Assembly (NCBI GenBank): GCA_031549365.1
Contig: JAVBPX010000001.1
Coordinates: 64,001-128,000, forward strand
Source of the DNA: Alphaproteobacteria bacterium
GTDB taxonomy: Bacteria > Pseudomonadota > Alphaproteobacteria > Rs-D84
Length of the DNA stretch: 64,000 nt
Reading direction: 5' to 3'
Shown: piece by piece, positions 11,036 through 20,895 of the stretch
Layout of the letters: each line of letters starts with the position of its first letter
Position numbering within the stretch: the stretch's first letter is position 1
The notes under the pieces: generated by a model
Databases searched by the model: none
What the model saw: the letters and a program-made list of their open reading frames with translations, nothing else
Told to the model about the DNA's origin: nothing
Position numbers and translations under genes: made by a program

Positions 11036-11485
11036 ATGAAAAACATATCAAAATCACCGGAATCAATTGCAGATCGTTTACGTACAATCCGTCGAGATTT
11101 GGGAATGAATCAAAAGGAAATGTCGCTACATTTGGGATTGGGCGAATCAACCTGGCAAAACTACGAGCGCGAATTGAATATTCCCGGTGGCGAGGTTTTA
11201 TCAAAAATCGCAGCATTGGGATATAACACAGATTGGATTATAACTGGCATGGGCCCGATTCGTGGAAACATGATCCGCGAGGGTTCAGTTCAAAACAATT
11301 TCGATTTAAAATGGGTTGAAAAAACCTTTGATGAAATTTTATCCAATAAATTTCCAAATTCCGCGTTGCCAACATCATTAAAACCATTTGTTCAAAATCA
11401 TTCTGTAAAAATCATGAAACTGGCAACGAACCCGGACGAAGCAATCGGTATGATTAAAATGATTATTGATGATTTTAAATTTTAA
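11036..11485 (+). CDS. XRE/CI-like HTH transcriptional regulator
   Basis: RLRTIRRDLGMNQKEMS...TWQNYER...DWIITGMG; divergent from 10565-10897. Confidence 0.85.
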   Translation: MKNISKSPESIADRLRTIRRDLGMNQKEMSLHLGLGESTWQNYERELNIPGGEVLSKIAALGYNTDWIITGMGPIRGNMIREGSVQNNFDLKWVEKTFDEILSNKFPNSALPTSLKPFVQNHSVKIMKLATNPDEAIGMIKMIIDDFKF

Positions 11486-11498
11486 TAATCCCGTAAAT

Positions 11499-11526
11499 AA
11501 AAAACTCTCGGATCCGAGAGTTTTTT
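11499..11526. terminator. Bidirectional intrinsic terminator
   Basis: Palindrome AAAAAACTCTCG-GATC-CGAGAGTTTTTT between convergent genes. Confidence 0.8.
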
Positions 11527-11529
11527 TAT

Positions 11530-12624
11530 TTACGAAAAATTCGCTGTAATCTGATCTTGCATATCAAACGTTCCGAATACAACCCATGCAATCACAACTG
11601 ATACCGCCAAAATACCAACCGCATTTAAAATATTTGAAATAGCTTCAATTTCACGAACCGAATTTTCCAAATAATCATCGGCTATTCGTTCCAAACTTTT
11701 ATCAAACCCGTCCATATCAGCATATATAATTAAATCACCAACCAATTCTGTACTCGGGAACTCGCGCTCTGTTTTTTCCAATGCTTTACCTAAATTATCA
11801 CCGTTTGCAATAAAATGTAATGATTCATCAATTACAACCGATAAATAGCGCGAAGCATTTTCAGATAACAATTTTAATGCTTGGGGTAAACTACTACCTG
11901 CTTTGACCATGGCCGATAATGATAATAAAAATCCAACACCAACGAACACCTTGTACAATGACCATGGCGGGAATCTATCAAACTGAACTCGACCAAATTT
12001 GGTCCACAACGGCATTGAAAACCCAATTAATGCTATTAATCCGATAAATCCGCCCATCATATACGGCCAATAATCCGCAGCAATATACGATAACGATACC
12101 AATGTACGCGCAGTACCACGCCAAACGATATCTTTGCCGGCCGCTTCCATCAATGGCGGCACCAAATATAATCCAACCAAAATAATAACAATGAAAGTCA
12201 TTAAAAATAAAAACGCAGGATATGCCAGAGCACTAATTAATGAACTCTTAATTTTTTTGGAACCCTCTGAAACTTTTAAAACATTCATTAATGCAATTTG
12301 CAACTTTGAAATATCGCCAACTGTTAACATCAAAGTTTCGGATTTTGGAACCCAACCTTTGGATGCTTCGGCAAATGTTTGCCCCTTTTCCAAATTCGAT
12401 TGCCATTCACGGTAAACTATGGCAAAAGGTTCATTTGGTTTTTTCCCATCATGACTTTCGATTTGCCACAAACGATCCAGCGCATCCATTAATGTAAAAT
12501 TATTTTTTAACAATGACGATAATTTGCGACAAGCATTCAAACGCTTTTCATCGTCAAATTTGAACATAAATTTTGCATACATACGATCCAAGTTTGATGC
12601 GCGTGCATGTGTTCTTGTTGCCAT
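11530..12624 (-). CDS. Type IVb pilus inner-membrane platform protein (PilR/T2SS F family)
   Basis: Two T2SSF-like domains, AL.YP and PPWSLY motifs, 3 TM segments; follows the ATPase. Confidence 0.85.
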   Translation of the reverse strand: MATRTHARASNLDRMYAKFMFKFDDEKRLNACRKLSSLLKNNFTLMDALDRLWQIESHDGKKPNEPFAIVYREWQSNLEKGQTFAEASKGWVPKSETLMLTVGDISKLQIALMNVLKVSEGSKKIKSSLISALAYPAFLFLMTFIVIILVGLYLVPPLMEAAGKDIVWRGTARTLVSLSYIAADYWPYMMGGFIGLIALIGFSMPLWTKFGRVQFDRFPPWSLYKVFVGVGFLLSLSAMVKAGSSLPQALKLLSENASRYLSVVIDESLHFIANGDNLGKALEKTEREFPSTELVGDLIIYADMDGFDKSLERIADDYLENSVREIEAISNILNAVGILAVSVVIAWVVFGTFDMQDQITANFS

Positions 12625-12636
12625 TGTAAACCCCTG

Positions 12637-14295
12637 TTAATATATTGTAGGCTGATCCAACAAACCCACCCAACGTTCCAATTCGTTTGCGGAAATAATT
12701 CCTTTTAGCATTAATTCCCCTGCGGCCTCTTTTAATGTTCGGCCATTTAATTCTTCCAACCAATAACGAACGGCCTCTTTGGTATCGCCTTCTAATACTC
12801 GGTTTAAAAAATACCCATCGGTCATAATTAATTCGCCAGCCTTGATTCGCCCTGTTGTTCCCTTGAAATCACATTTATCACATCCTGGCCCTTTGATATA
12901 AACTTGATGTAATCCGATTTCGCCAAAGGCCTCTTTTACACGATTATACACTGCATTTTCAGGATGTTTGTGTAACGCTTCTTTGCAATTTGGGCAAACT
13001 TTTCTGAATAAACGCATTGATATCAGCCCACGCATCATGGTTTCGTCTTTCAACTTAAATGCTTCAACACCCATATCCAATAATCGTGTCATCGCAGCCA
13101 ATGCCGAATTGGCGTGAATTGTTGTCCAAACATTATGTCCTGACAGCGCACCCTTGACAGTCAGCAATGCAGCCGACAATGTTCGGATTTCCCCAACCAT
13201 TAATGCATCAGGGTCGGATCGCAAAGCGGCTGCCAATGCTTCGGTAAATTTTTCATCCTTTTCTTCTTCGGACGATGCATTTGTAACAGGCATCTGACGC
13301 GATCCGAAAATTGGAGATTCCGGCGGATCTTCCACTGTCAATAAATTGATTTCATAATTTTGTTCTTTTAACATCATAGTCATATTTTGACGCAATGTCG
13401 TCGATTTACCCGAAGATGTTGGCCCAGCCACAACAACCAATCCTGTTGGGAACGCTCGCATACGATATAAAAATCTTTGTTCATATGGTGTAAATTCTTG
13501 CTCAACTTTAATGCCCTCGGATGGATTGTCATACAACAATCGCATAACCAAATATTGGGACCCGAAAGCGATCGGGTTAAATTGCATACGAATACCCAAT
13601 ATATTTTGTGGCAAATATAAATCTTTGGTCCCGCGTAATGGTGTGCGCCCATCTTTCTGAGCACCCTGATATTCATTCTGGGCATAGTTACTGTCCGAAA
13701 TATCAGCACTGGCGAATGCAGCACGAACAAAACTTTCACCCCATTGTGAATTATATTCCAAAACGGTTTGCATGCTTCCATCAATTCGGAAATAAATTGT
13801 CGTTTGATCGGCAACAACGATATGAATATCCGACACTCGCATTGATGCGGCACGCGCAACAATGTCAACAAAATCCTTTTGCATTTGGTTGTCGTAATCA
13901 GCACGATGCGATGTTAATCCCCCACCTGCTTTGGCTTCGTTAAATTTATATATGTTTGATAATAAACCCAAATCGCTGTAATAAGGCTCTTTTGCCAAGC
14001 GTTGTTCTTTTTGCAACAATGATAAAAAAGCCAAAACTCGTCCATCATAACGATGCGTCCGAGATATGATAATTTCGCCTTGGGAAAAATACGCAATTAA
14101 ATTTTGTGTATCTTTTGCCAATTCCAGCAAAGCACCGAATCCGGTCATCAAACGATTGTTTTCAGAAAACAAATATTCGATAATTTCTTTCTGTTCCACA
14201 TCGCCCAAATGCGGAGGAACTGAAAATCGTCTATCCTTGTTCGATTCGACGACAGTATTATCTGTTAATTTGTTATCGACCATGCTCTCTCCCAA
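12637..14295 (-). CDS. Type IVb pilus assembly ATPase (PilQ/GspE family)
   Basis: SDIHI, GPTSSGKST, TVEDPPE, RSDPDALMVGEIR, TTIHAN, two CxxC. Confidence 0.9.
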   Translation of the reverse strand: MGESMVDNKLTDNTVVESNKDRRFSVPPHLGDVEQKEIIEYLFSENNRLMTGFGALLELAKDTQNLIAYFSQGEIIISRTHRYDGRVLAFLSLLQKEQRLAKEPYYSDLGLLSNIYKFNEAKAGGGLTSHRADYDNQMQKDFVDIVARAASMRVSDIHIVVADQTTIYFRIDGSMQTVLEYNSQWGESFVRAAFASADISDSNYAQNEYQGAQKDGRTPLRGTKDLYLPQNILGIRMQFNPIAFGSQYLVMRLLYDNPSEGIKVEQEFTPYEQRFLYRMRAFPTGLVVVAGPTSSGKSTTLRQNMTMMLKEQNYEINLLTVEDPPESPIFGSRQMPVTNASSEEEKDEKFTEALAAALRSDPDALMVGEIRTLSAALLTVKGALSGHNVWTTIHANSALAAMTRLLDMGVEAFKLKDETMMRGLISMRLFRKVCPNCKEALHKHPENAVYNRVKEAFGEIGLHQVYIKGPGCDKCDFKGTTGRIKAGELIMTDGYFLNRVLEGDTKEAVRYWLEELNGRTLKEAAGELMLKGIISANELERWVGLLDQPTIY

Positions 14296-14304
14296 ATGAT
14301 CTGT

Positions 14305-14988
14305 TTATTGCTGAACGCCCAAAGTTTGGCTATCATTTCCTTTTTTGAATGTAACACCATCGTCCAAAGAAATACTTTTTACTTCATACCCGTTTGGCAA
14401 TTGTTTTCCAACTTGTAATTTTCTTTTTTGGGTATTTTTCATATTTTCAATCGTTACAAACAATTCGTTTCCGGCGCCATAAATATCCAATACACGATAC
14501 GTATCTGATAGTTTTTCGCCTTCGTTAACTTCTTCTTGCACCTGTTGTTGTGTTGACGTGGATACAGCAACTTCGGACAAGGATCTATTTATCTGATTTC
14601 TTTTTTCTTCTTCGAATGCTTGACGCTCTTGTTCCAATCTTGCTTTTTCCTGTTCTATTTTTTTCTTCTCGGCTTCGGCTTTTCTGGTTTCTTCTTCGGT
14701 GTCTTTTTGCATTTGTTCCATTTCACGCTGTAATCGAATTTTTTCAGACATTAACTTATCCATATCCAATTCCATTCTGGCCTGTTCCATTTCCAATTTC
14801 ATTAATACTTTTTCTTGTTCCATATCTGAAATACGTTGAAATAACGAAGAGCCTTCATCAAATTCATTTAAATTTAATGTTTGTTCCGGCACATTTGTAT
14901 TTGCGACAGCTGGCGCTACATCCTCGGCATATACAGCTGTACAAAAACCAGATAATACGATACCTAGTAATATTTTTTTATTTAACAT
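14305..14988 (-). CDS. PilP-like type IVb pilus biogenesis protein
   Basis: Signal peptide, coiled coil, C-terminal IYGAG...G.QLPNGYEVKSISLDDGV; position between pilO- and pilQ-like genes. Confidence 0.65.
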   Translation of the reverse strand: MLNKKILLGIVLSGFCTAVYAEDVAPAVANTNVPEQTLNLNEFDEGSSLFQRISDMEQEKVLMKLEMEQARMELDMDKLMSEKIRLQREMEQMQKDTEEETRKAEAEKKKIEQEKARLEQERQAFEEEKRNQINRSLSEVAVSTSTQQQVQEEVNEGEKLSDTYRVLDIYGAGNELFVTIENMKNTQKRKLQVGKQLPNGYEVKSISLDDGVTFKKGNDSQTLGVQQ

Positions 14989-16246
14989 AAATTTTCTCCT
15001 CGTAAATCCAAGACTGTTTCTTGTTATCCCATTTTATCACAGAAAACTCTACCGATGCAAATGGTTCAAATATTTTTACAAATTCCATTGGCGACAATTT
15101 TGATTCAGCAGATACCAAAATAAATTGCACCTGCTTGGTCAGGTTTTGATTTTTTGGGTGAATAATTGTTTCCTGCTTTACGGACATAGACACTGCCATA
15201 TTCATTTTTTGAAACAACGCGGTAATTTCACGACGAGTCTGCTCTGAATTTTCAACCGGAGTTGTTTTTTTCGTTGATACTTTTTCCAATGTTGCAAATA
15301 AATTAACATCCGTATCAGACGTTTGCTTTACTTGAATCCCAGGCATAACATTTTCAACTTCGTTATATAAATCTGTAATGGTTCCATAATCACGGCGAAT
15401 ACGCGCAATAATCTGCCCGCGTGTACATTCTGTTTCTAAAACGACCCAGCCTGGTAATGTTTGCATGATATATGCTGTTGCTCTGAAACACTGATTTGCA
15501 CGTTCTGTTATATCTGGCAATTGCTCATACGGCAAAACCAGAGGCATAACATCAGCAATTGAAATAACTTCTTTTTCTTGTTTTTGTTGCGCTATGATTT
15601 TTTGCCTATACTCTTCCAACAATGTCGGATTTACTTGGGCCAACTGCGGGGCCGGCGCAACTACTTCCATAATTTGTTTTTGAAACGTAATAAAAACCAT
15701 TATTAATAACATTCCAATAAATAAACCAGATATTATAAATTGCTTTAACCTATCCAATGTTTTTAATGAACGTTTGGCAGTTCCAAAAATAACTTCGTCA
15801 ATATGTTTTTCTGTCGCATGATCAATATTCCAATGCGACGGAGCAATACGCAAACCCCAATCTGGCAATTCCAACAAACGCATATATGCAGCACGCGCCG
15901 ATTCATCATCCGAATATAACATATCTTGGTCGGATAAAATTTGACCATTTCTAACAGCCAAAATCCAAACGCCTTCTTTTACCAAAAATGCAGCAACAAA
16001 AGATGTTCTATCTGATAATGAATCACAAACTTCGGGAGCCGCGGCGAACATACCCGTTGAATGCTTGGATGCCGAAAAACCCAAACCATACATTCCACGA
16101 TAATCAGTATAAAGCTGGGCGCCACCGACAATTGATTTTGCAGTTCGACGCGCAGAATCACCCGCAGACTGACCATCAATCAACGGCTGCCAAAATAAAC
16201 CTGTGGCATATTTTTTACGACCAACAGTAATAACCTGAGCGGTCAT
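14978..16246 (-). CDS. PilO-like type IVb pilus accessory protein
   Basis: ATGLFWQPL N-terminus, central TM, LPGW...C motif. Confidence 0.75.
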   Translation of the reverse strand: MTAQVITVGRKKYATGLFWQPLIDGQSAGDSARRTAKSIVGGAQLYTDYRGMYGLGFSASKHSTGMFAAAPEVCDSLSDRTSFVAAFLVKEGVWILAVRNGQILSDQDMLYSDDESARAAYMRLLELPDWGLRIAPSHWNIDHATEKHIDEVIFGTAKRSLKTLDRLKQFIISGLFIGMLLIMVFITFQKQIMEVVAPAPQLAQVNPTLLEEYRQKIIAQQKQEKEVISIADVMPLVLPYEQLPDITERANQCFRATAYIMQTLPGWVVLETECTRGQIIARIRRDYGTITDLYNEVENVMPGIQVKQTSDTDVNLFATLEKVSTKKTTPVENSEQTRREITALFQKMNMAVSMSVKQETIIHPKNQNLTKQVQFILVSAESKLSPMEFVKIFEPFASVEFSVIKWDNKKQSWIYEEKIYVK

Positions 16247-16279
16247 CGCAAAACTCTCCTTCCCCTATTCCACCGAATA

Positions 16280-17908
16280 TTAATTCAGCGGAGCTCCCCA
16301 ATTCTGCATCATTGCACGTTCAGGATCCAATGGTGATACCAAAACCTGTGGCGTGATGATAACAACCAACACGTCGCGTTGCGATGTTGTTTCACGGCTT
16401 CCGCCCAACGCCATAAATTCAGGATCTCCGATTCCGAATCGAGTGTCGTTATTTGTGATTCGTTCAAACCCTGACAGCACCAACGTCTGACCCGATTCCA
16501 TAACAACTTCTTGCATGAAAGATCTTTCTTCGGTTTCTGGCAACTGCAATGTAACAGATCCAATCGTAGTCGTTGACATTTTCAACAATCCTTTGATTGA
16601 CATTTTGAATAACAACAATATACGACCGTTATCCAAAACATTTGGCATTAATTGCATGCTGAACCCTGTATCCAATTCAGCCTGATCCACCGTGGCGGCT
16701 TCAACTGCTGAAAAATTTCTGGTTTCAAACTGTTTAATGTATCCTGTTGTTTTCATATTGCTGACTGGGGCAATACGATTATTTCTGGTTGTAACAACAG
16801 CACTGGTTACCAATGAAATTTTTCCTTGTTTTGCCAACGCTTGGATAAACGCATCTGTCCCGGCCAAATTACCCAATCCGGATGCAGCAATCTGATCCGC
16901 GGTAAATCCACCAGTAACAACACCTGACGAATCAACGGCTGCCAACCCAGCTTTTGCCAATACATTATTATTTAACACCGCAATATTCATACCCTGGGCT
17001 TCAGTAGTGGTTAAATTGTTGACAGGATTTGAAACCAATTGCAGTCCCGCAGCCGATTGAATCGCTGCGCCCAAATTCAAACCCAGAGCATTTGAATTAT
17101 CGATTGAAACTTGCAATACTTTTACGTTAATTGCGATCAGCTGAGACAAACGTTGATTTTGTTTATTTATGTAATCGCCAACGCGTTGCAAAATTGATGG
17201 GGGCGCTGTCACAGTAATTGAACCCATTGATCTGGACACTGTGAATTTCGCATTTTGGGTCCCTTCTAAAATTCCACCAATTGTTTTTTCAACCTCTTCC
17301 CATTCACGCAAGTTTGATTCCAATGACACATGATTGGCGTCATCGGCGGCAATTCTGGAACGATAATTAATGTCTGTTCCCAATGCAAACAAAGTAAATG
17401 TTTTTGTTTCTGTTTCATAAAAGACAATTTCTTCACGATCATAATACCACAACAAATCCAAATCTGTTGCGATTTGGGTCAACAATGTCGATAATTTTCC
17501 AGTATATGCAATATTCATTGCCTTACTTAATTTATCAGCACTTATTTTGCTGTCGATTTTAACTGGAATATCAGTCATCGCATGAATGTTATTTGATAAA
17601 ACTTGTAATGTAACAGGTTCGTTTAATAATAACGTAACCCCGTTTTCACCTTCGAATTCAGATGGCAAATTATTTTTATGAGGCAAAACTACCGAAGCAG
17701 ATCCCAACCAAACACCTTCGGACATTGAAATAGTATCATTCGTTGCCTTGGAACGTGGATTTTTTGCGTCTTCCAGCGCACTGTTTGCATTCAAAAAGTC
17801 GTTATCAACTTGCGTTGCAACCTGTGCAGATTCTTTTTTTGCACATCCGGTTAAAATTGACCCAATTACAGCCAATATCAACCCATAACGTTTAATATCC
17901 ATTCCCAT
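16280..17908 (-). CDS. PilN-like lipoprotein secretin
   Basis: Lipobox ILTGC; secretin C-terminus QLPETEERSFMQEVVMESGQTLVLSGFE...VVIITP. Confidence 0.9.
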   Translation of the reverse strand: MGMDIKRYGLILAVIGSILTGCAKKESAQVATQVDNDFLNANSALEDAKNPRSKATNDTISMSEGVWLGSASVVLPHKNNLPSEFEGENGVTLLLNEPVTLQVLSNNIHAMTDIPVKIDSKISADKLSKAMNIAYTGKLSTLLTQIATDLDLLWYYDREEIVFYETETKTFTLFALGTDINYRSRIAADDANHVSLESNLREWEEVEKTIGGILEGTQNAKFTVSRSMGSITVTAPPSILQRVGDYINKQNQRLSQLIAINVKVLQVSIDNSNALGLNLGAAIQSAAGLQLVSNPVNNLTTTEAQGMNIAVLNNNVLAKAGLAAVDSSGVVTGGFTADQIAASGLGNLAGTDAFIQALAKQGKISLVTSAVVTTRNNRIAPVSNMKTTGYIKQFETRNFSAVEAATVDQAELDTGFSMQLMPNVLDNGRILLLFKMSIKGLLKMSTTTIGSVTLQLPETEERSFMQEVVMESGQTLVLSGFERITNNDTRFGIGDPEFMALGGSRETTSQRDVLVVIITPQVLVSPLDPERAMMQNWGAPLN

Positions 17909-18809
17909 CCTCCAAAGTCTGAATAACTAATACTCGGTTACCCTTGTAAAATCTTGCGTATGGCACAGGGTTTGCCCGCCCAAAATTACGAACCAAGGCC
18001 GATGACACGTCTACAAATCTGCCTTTGAATACTGCCGATGCTTGGATTGGATATTCGCGCGATGTGTTCCAAACAACATCCCAGCCTTCTTTCTTTGCCC
18101 AATTTTCCAATACCGAACGCAATGTTTGCCCCTGAGTTACGACCCATGATCTGACCTGATCGGAACCTTTTAATTCGACCTGATCCCCAGGCAATACTTC
18201 TTGCTCTGAATTCATTGAAGCCGAGCTATCAGCCAAAGATTCAGAAATAAAATCCTGTTGAATCCCGTAATTTTCTGGACGCACAGCGTCAACAGACTTT
18301 CTTTTGGAATTGCGAGATGCTGCCAAAACAACTGTCCCATCGTCCATCATCATTTCTTGGTGCATTAATGGCATTTCAGACTGATGCTCGTAAATATTAA
18401 AACCTGCTGGGGCTTGGTATGCATGATCCATATTTGCCCCCCCAGAAAATCCGAATGCTTCGGCCCCTGCATTATTCGACATATTAATATTGTTTTCAAT
18501 TCGGATATCAGACTGAGTCCCCGAAACAGGCCACGAAGTTTCTTTTTCAACTGGCACATATGGTTTATATTTTTTTTCAACGGCTGGTGCTGGCTCAACC
18601 GATGCGACCTCCACTTCATAAGAAACAGGTGCTGACGCTTCTTCATATTCCACCTGGGCAATTGGCGTCGGGGATTCCGGCACATAAATATTATTTTCAA
18701 TCATTAAACCTGATTGATTGTCCGAATACGATGCGTCGCCATCAGCAAACGCAGGAAAAACCAACATAAATGCTGATCCCAACAATACGGCAAACCCTTT
18801 ACGAAACAT
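17892..18809 (-). CDS. TcpQ-domain (PilL/CofC-like) periplasmic pilus protein
   Basis: Signal peptide; C-terminal WVVTQGQTLRSVLENWAKKEGWDVVW...YPI...F.G.F. Confidence 0.8.
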   Translation of the reverse strand: MFRKGFAVLLGSAFMLVFPAFADGDASYSDNQSGLMIENNIYVPESPTPIAQVEYEEASAPVSYEVEVASVEPAPAVEKKYKPYVPVEKETSWPVSGTQSDIRIENNINMSNNAGAEAFGFSGGANMDHAYQAPAGFNIYEHQSEMPLMHQEMMMDDGTVVLAASRNSKRKSVDAVRPENYGIQQDFISESLADSSASMNSEQEVLPGDQVELKGSDQVRSWVVTQGQTLRSVLENWAKKEGWDVVWNTSREYPIQASAVFKGRFVDVSSALVRNFGRANPVPYARFYKGNRVLVIQTLEDGNGY

Positions 18810-18844
18810 GATGTTTATCCTTTTTTCCTTGATCCTTTACACCT

Positions 18845-18873
18845 ATGATAACGATATTCGCAATTTCTTACAA
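18845..18873 (-). promoter_or_regulatory. Putative promoter of the pilus operon
   Basis: TTGTAA-17 nt-TATCAT on - strand. Confidence 0.45.
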
Positions 18874-18907
18874 GTCTTTTTTACACTTGGTTCTATAAAT
18901 AATTCAA

Positions 18908-18941
18908 TAAAAAATCCCACATCTTTCGATATGGGATTTTT
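18908..18941 (-). terminator. Intrinsic terminator of rpsD
   Basis: AAAAATCCCA...TGGGATTTTT hairpin. Confidence 0.65.
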
Positions 18942-18959
18942 TCGATTTTAAAAACCCGA

Positions 18960-19583
18960 TTATCGTGAGTAATACTCAACAACCAAACCTGGTTCCATCG
19001 CAACAGCGTATGGCACATCTTCAAACAAAGGCACGCGCACAAATGTCGCTTCGAATTTGTCTGGATTTACACGTACATAATCACAGAATTCACGATCGCC
19101 TGCTTCCAACGAATTCACGACTAACGCCATGTTTTGCGTCTTTTCTTTCAGAGTGATAACATCATTTGGTTTTACTTGGTACGATGGAATCTTAACGCGT
19201 TTTCCGTTAACCAAAACATGCCCGTGATTTACCAATTGGCGCGCAGAAAACACCGTTGGCGCAAATTTTGCACGATACACAACCGCATCCAATCTTGATT
19301 CCAACAAACCAATCATATTTTGCGAAGTATCGCCCTTGGCATTATTTGCAGTTTGATAATAGCTGCGGAATTTCTTTTCCCCGATATTTCCATAAAAACC
19401 TTTCAAAACTTGTTTTGCTTTCAACTGCTTGCCGTAATCAGATGCATTTCCTGTACGTTTTGTTGGGCCGTGTTGACCAGGCGTATATTTACGTTTGTTT
19501 AATGGTGATTTTGCGCGTCCCCAGATATTTAATCCCCAGCGACGATCAATTTTTAATTTTGTATTTTGGCGTTTTCCTGCCAT
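18960..19583 (-). CDS. rpsD: 30S ribosomal protein S4
   Basis: [38 protein letters not shown]; SD AGGA favours ATG 19583. Confidence 0.98.
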   Translation of the reverse strand: MAGKRQNTKLKIDRRWGLNIWGRAKSPLNKRKYTPGQHGPTKRTGNASDYGKQLKAKQVLKGFYGNIGEKKFRSYYQTANNAKGDTSQNMIGLLESRLDAVVYRAKFAPTVFSARQLVNHGHVLVNGKRVKIPSYQVKPNDVITLKEKTQNMALVVNSLEAGDREFCDYVRVNPDKFEATFVRVPLFEDVPYAVAMEPGLVVEYYSR

Positions 19584-19589
19584 TTTCAT

Positions 19590-19713
19590 ATCCTATGGTT
19601 TATGTTATTCGGTCCAGATTTCCGATATCGGATTGGGGCACCTTATCCCCCGACATAATGACCATAGCCAATATATACGGTTACTCAGGCCTCCATCTTT
19701 CCAGACAGTTCGG
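19590..19713 (-). promoter_or_regulatory. Structured 5' leader of rpsD (candidate autoregulatory r-leader)
   Basis: GNRA hairpin CTGTCT-GGAA-AGATGG and a long stem closing next to the SD; promoter TTGACT-17-GATAAT at 19747-19719. Confidence 0.5.
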
Positions 19714-19853
19714 GCCCGATTATCATGCAAAAGTATCCAAAAGTCAAGCATTTTTCCAAAAACCTCTCTACTCTATAAATTTGGGCTTTTGTTACCATCA
19801 TAAATTGTGCTATTATATATAGTGTGAAAGATTAGGTATACGGAGGATTAAAA

Positions 19854-20645
19854 ATGTCACGTTTCTTGAAATCATTATTTTTTATAATTTTAATTGCTGG
19901 CGGGTTTGCATTGGGCTTTTATCTAACGCACCCAGATTCTGAATTTGTGTCAAATATGGAAAAACAGCCGATTATAATGCCAGCCGATGAATCTGCAAAA
20001 CATCTGGATGATGCACGATTTGCATTGATAGAATCAAAAATCAAGCATTTGTCAGAAAAAACTGATTCATTAAATGATCGTGTCGAAACATTGGAATCAA
20101 CCACAAAACCAGCCCAACAAAAGGCGATCGCCAGATTGGTTTTATTATTCGATTTGCGTCTACGAATAACTAATGGACAATCATTTGCTGATTTGCTGGA
20201 TTTAATGGATCCCGCTGTTCGAAATAATTTTGCATTTTTGGATGACTATTCCGAATCTGGAATCCCAACAATGGATCAATTACGCATATCATTTGATGGC
20301 TTAATCCGCCCAGCGATTATTGCTGATAATTCCGCGAACAATGAAACTCGGGCAATATCTTCCTTTGAACGCTGGGCAAATAACTGGGTGTCTGTTCGTA
20401 AAAATATTGTTGATGAAAAAAATCCAGAATCTGTATCCAGCATGCTGACCGCCGCAAATATTTATTTAAAATCGAACCAGCCCAAATTGGCTCTCCAACA
20501 ATTAAATTTGGTTTCTGAAAAATCCGCTGCTGCCGGGAACATAATAAATCCTTTTGTTGAAAAATTAACAATTGTTTTGATGGCTTATGATACTTTGGAT
20601 TCAGAATTAAACTCAATTTTTTCAACCATGAACTCAGGTAAATAA
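19854..20645 (+). CDS. Mitofilin/Mic60-like (COG4223) membrane protein
   Basis: N-terminal TM, coiled coil, G.SFA..L, GIPTMDQL...F, VSVRK motifs; followed by HemY-like gene. Confidence 0.7.
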   Translation: MSRFLKSLFFIILIAGGFALGFYLTHPDSEFVSNMEKQPIIMPADESAKHLDDARFALIESKIKHLSEKTDSLNDRVETLESTTKPAQQKAIARLVLLFDLRLRITNGQSFADLLDLMDPAVRNNFAFLDDYSESGIPTMDQLRISFDGLIRPAIIADNSANNETRAISSFERWANNWVSVRKNIVDEKNPESVSSMLTAANIYLKSNQPKLALQQLNLVSEKSAAAGNIINPFVEKLTIVLMAYDTLDSELNSIFSTMNSGK

Positions 20646-20646
20646 T

Positions 20647-20895
20647 ATGTGGAATTTTTTAAAAACAATATTCTATACATTAATAATTGCATCCATAGGC
20701 GGATTGTTTTATGTATTAAATTCAATGGATTTACCGATTACAATTATTACAAAAAGCTACACTATTGAAACAACCGGCGTAGTAATCGCAACCATACTGT
20801 TATTCGCATACACTCTGATATATTTCATTCACAGATTTTTTGTATGGATGGCCGTTTGGCGCGATCGTAAAATTCAAAAAAAATTGGATAAATAA
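20647..20895 (+). CDS. Short HemY N-terminal-like membrane protein
   Basis: Two TMs with I.I....Y.IETT linker and basic tail; position after mic60-like gene. Confidence 0.5.
   Translation: MWNFLKTIFYTLIIASIGGLFYVLNSMDLPITIITKSYTIETTGVVIATILLFAYTLIYFIHRFFVWMAVWRDRKIQKKLDK

Noticed and set aside
10565-11485. Prophage immunity region
   Set aside because: No integrase, replication, structural or lysis genes nearby.
11530-18809. Integrated conjugative plasmid or ICE
   Set aside because: No relaxase, coupling protein, integrase, shufflon or att repeats; flanked by core genes.
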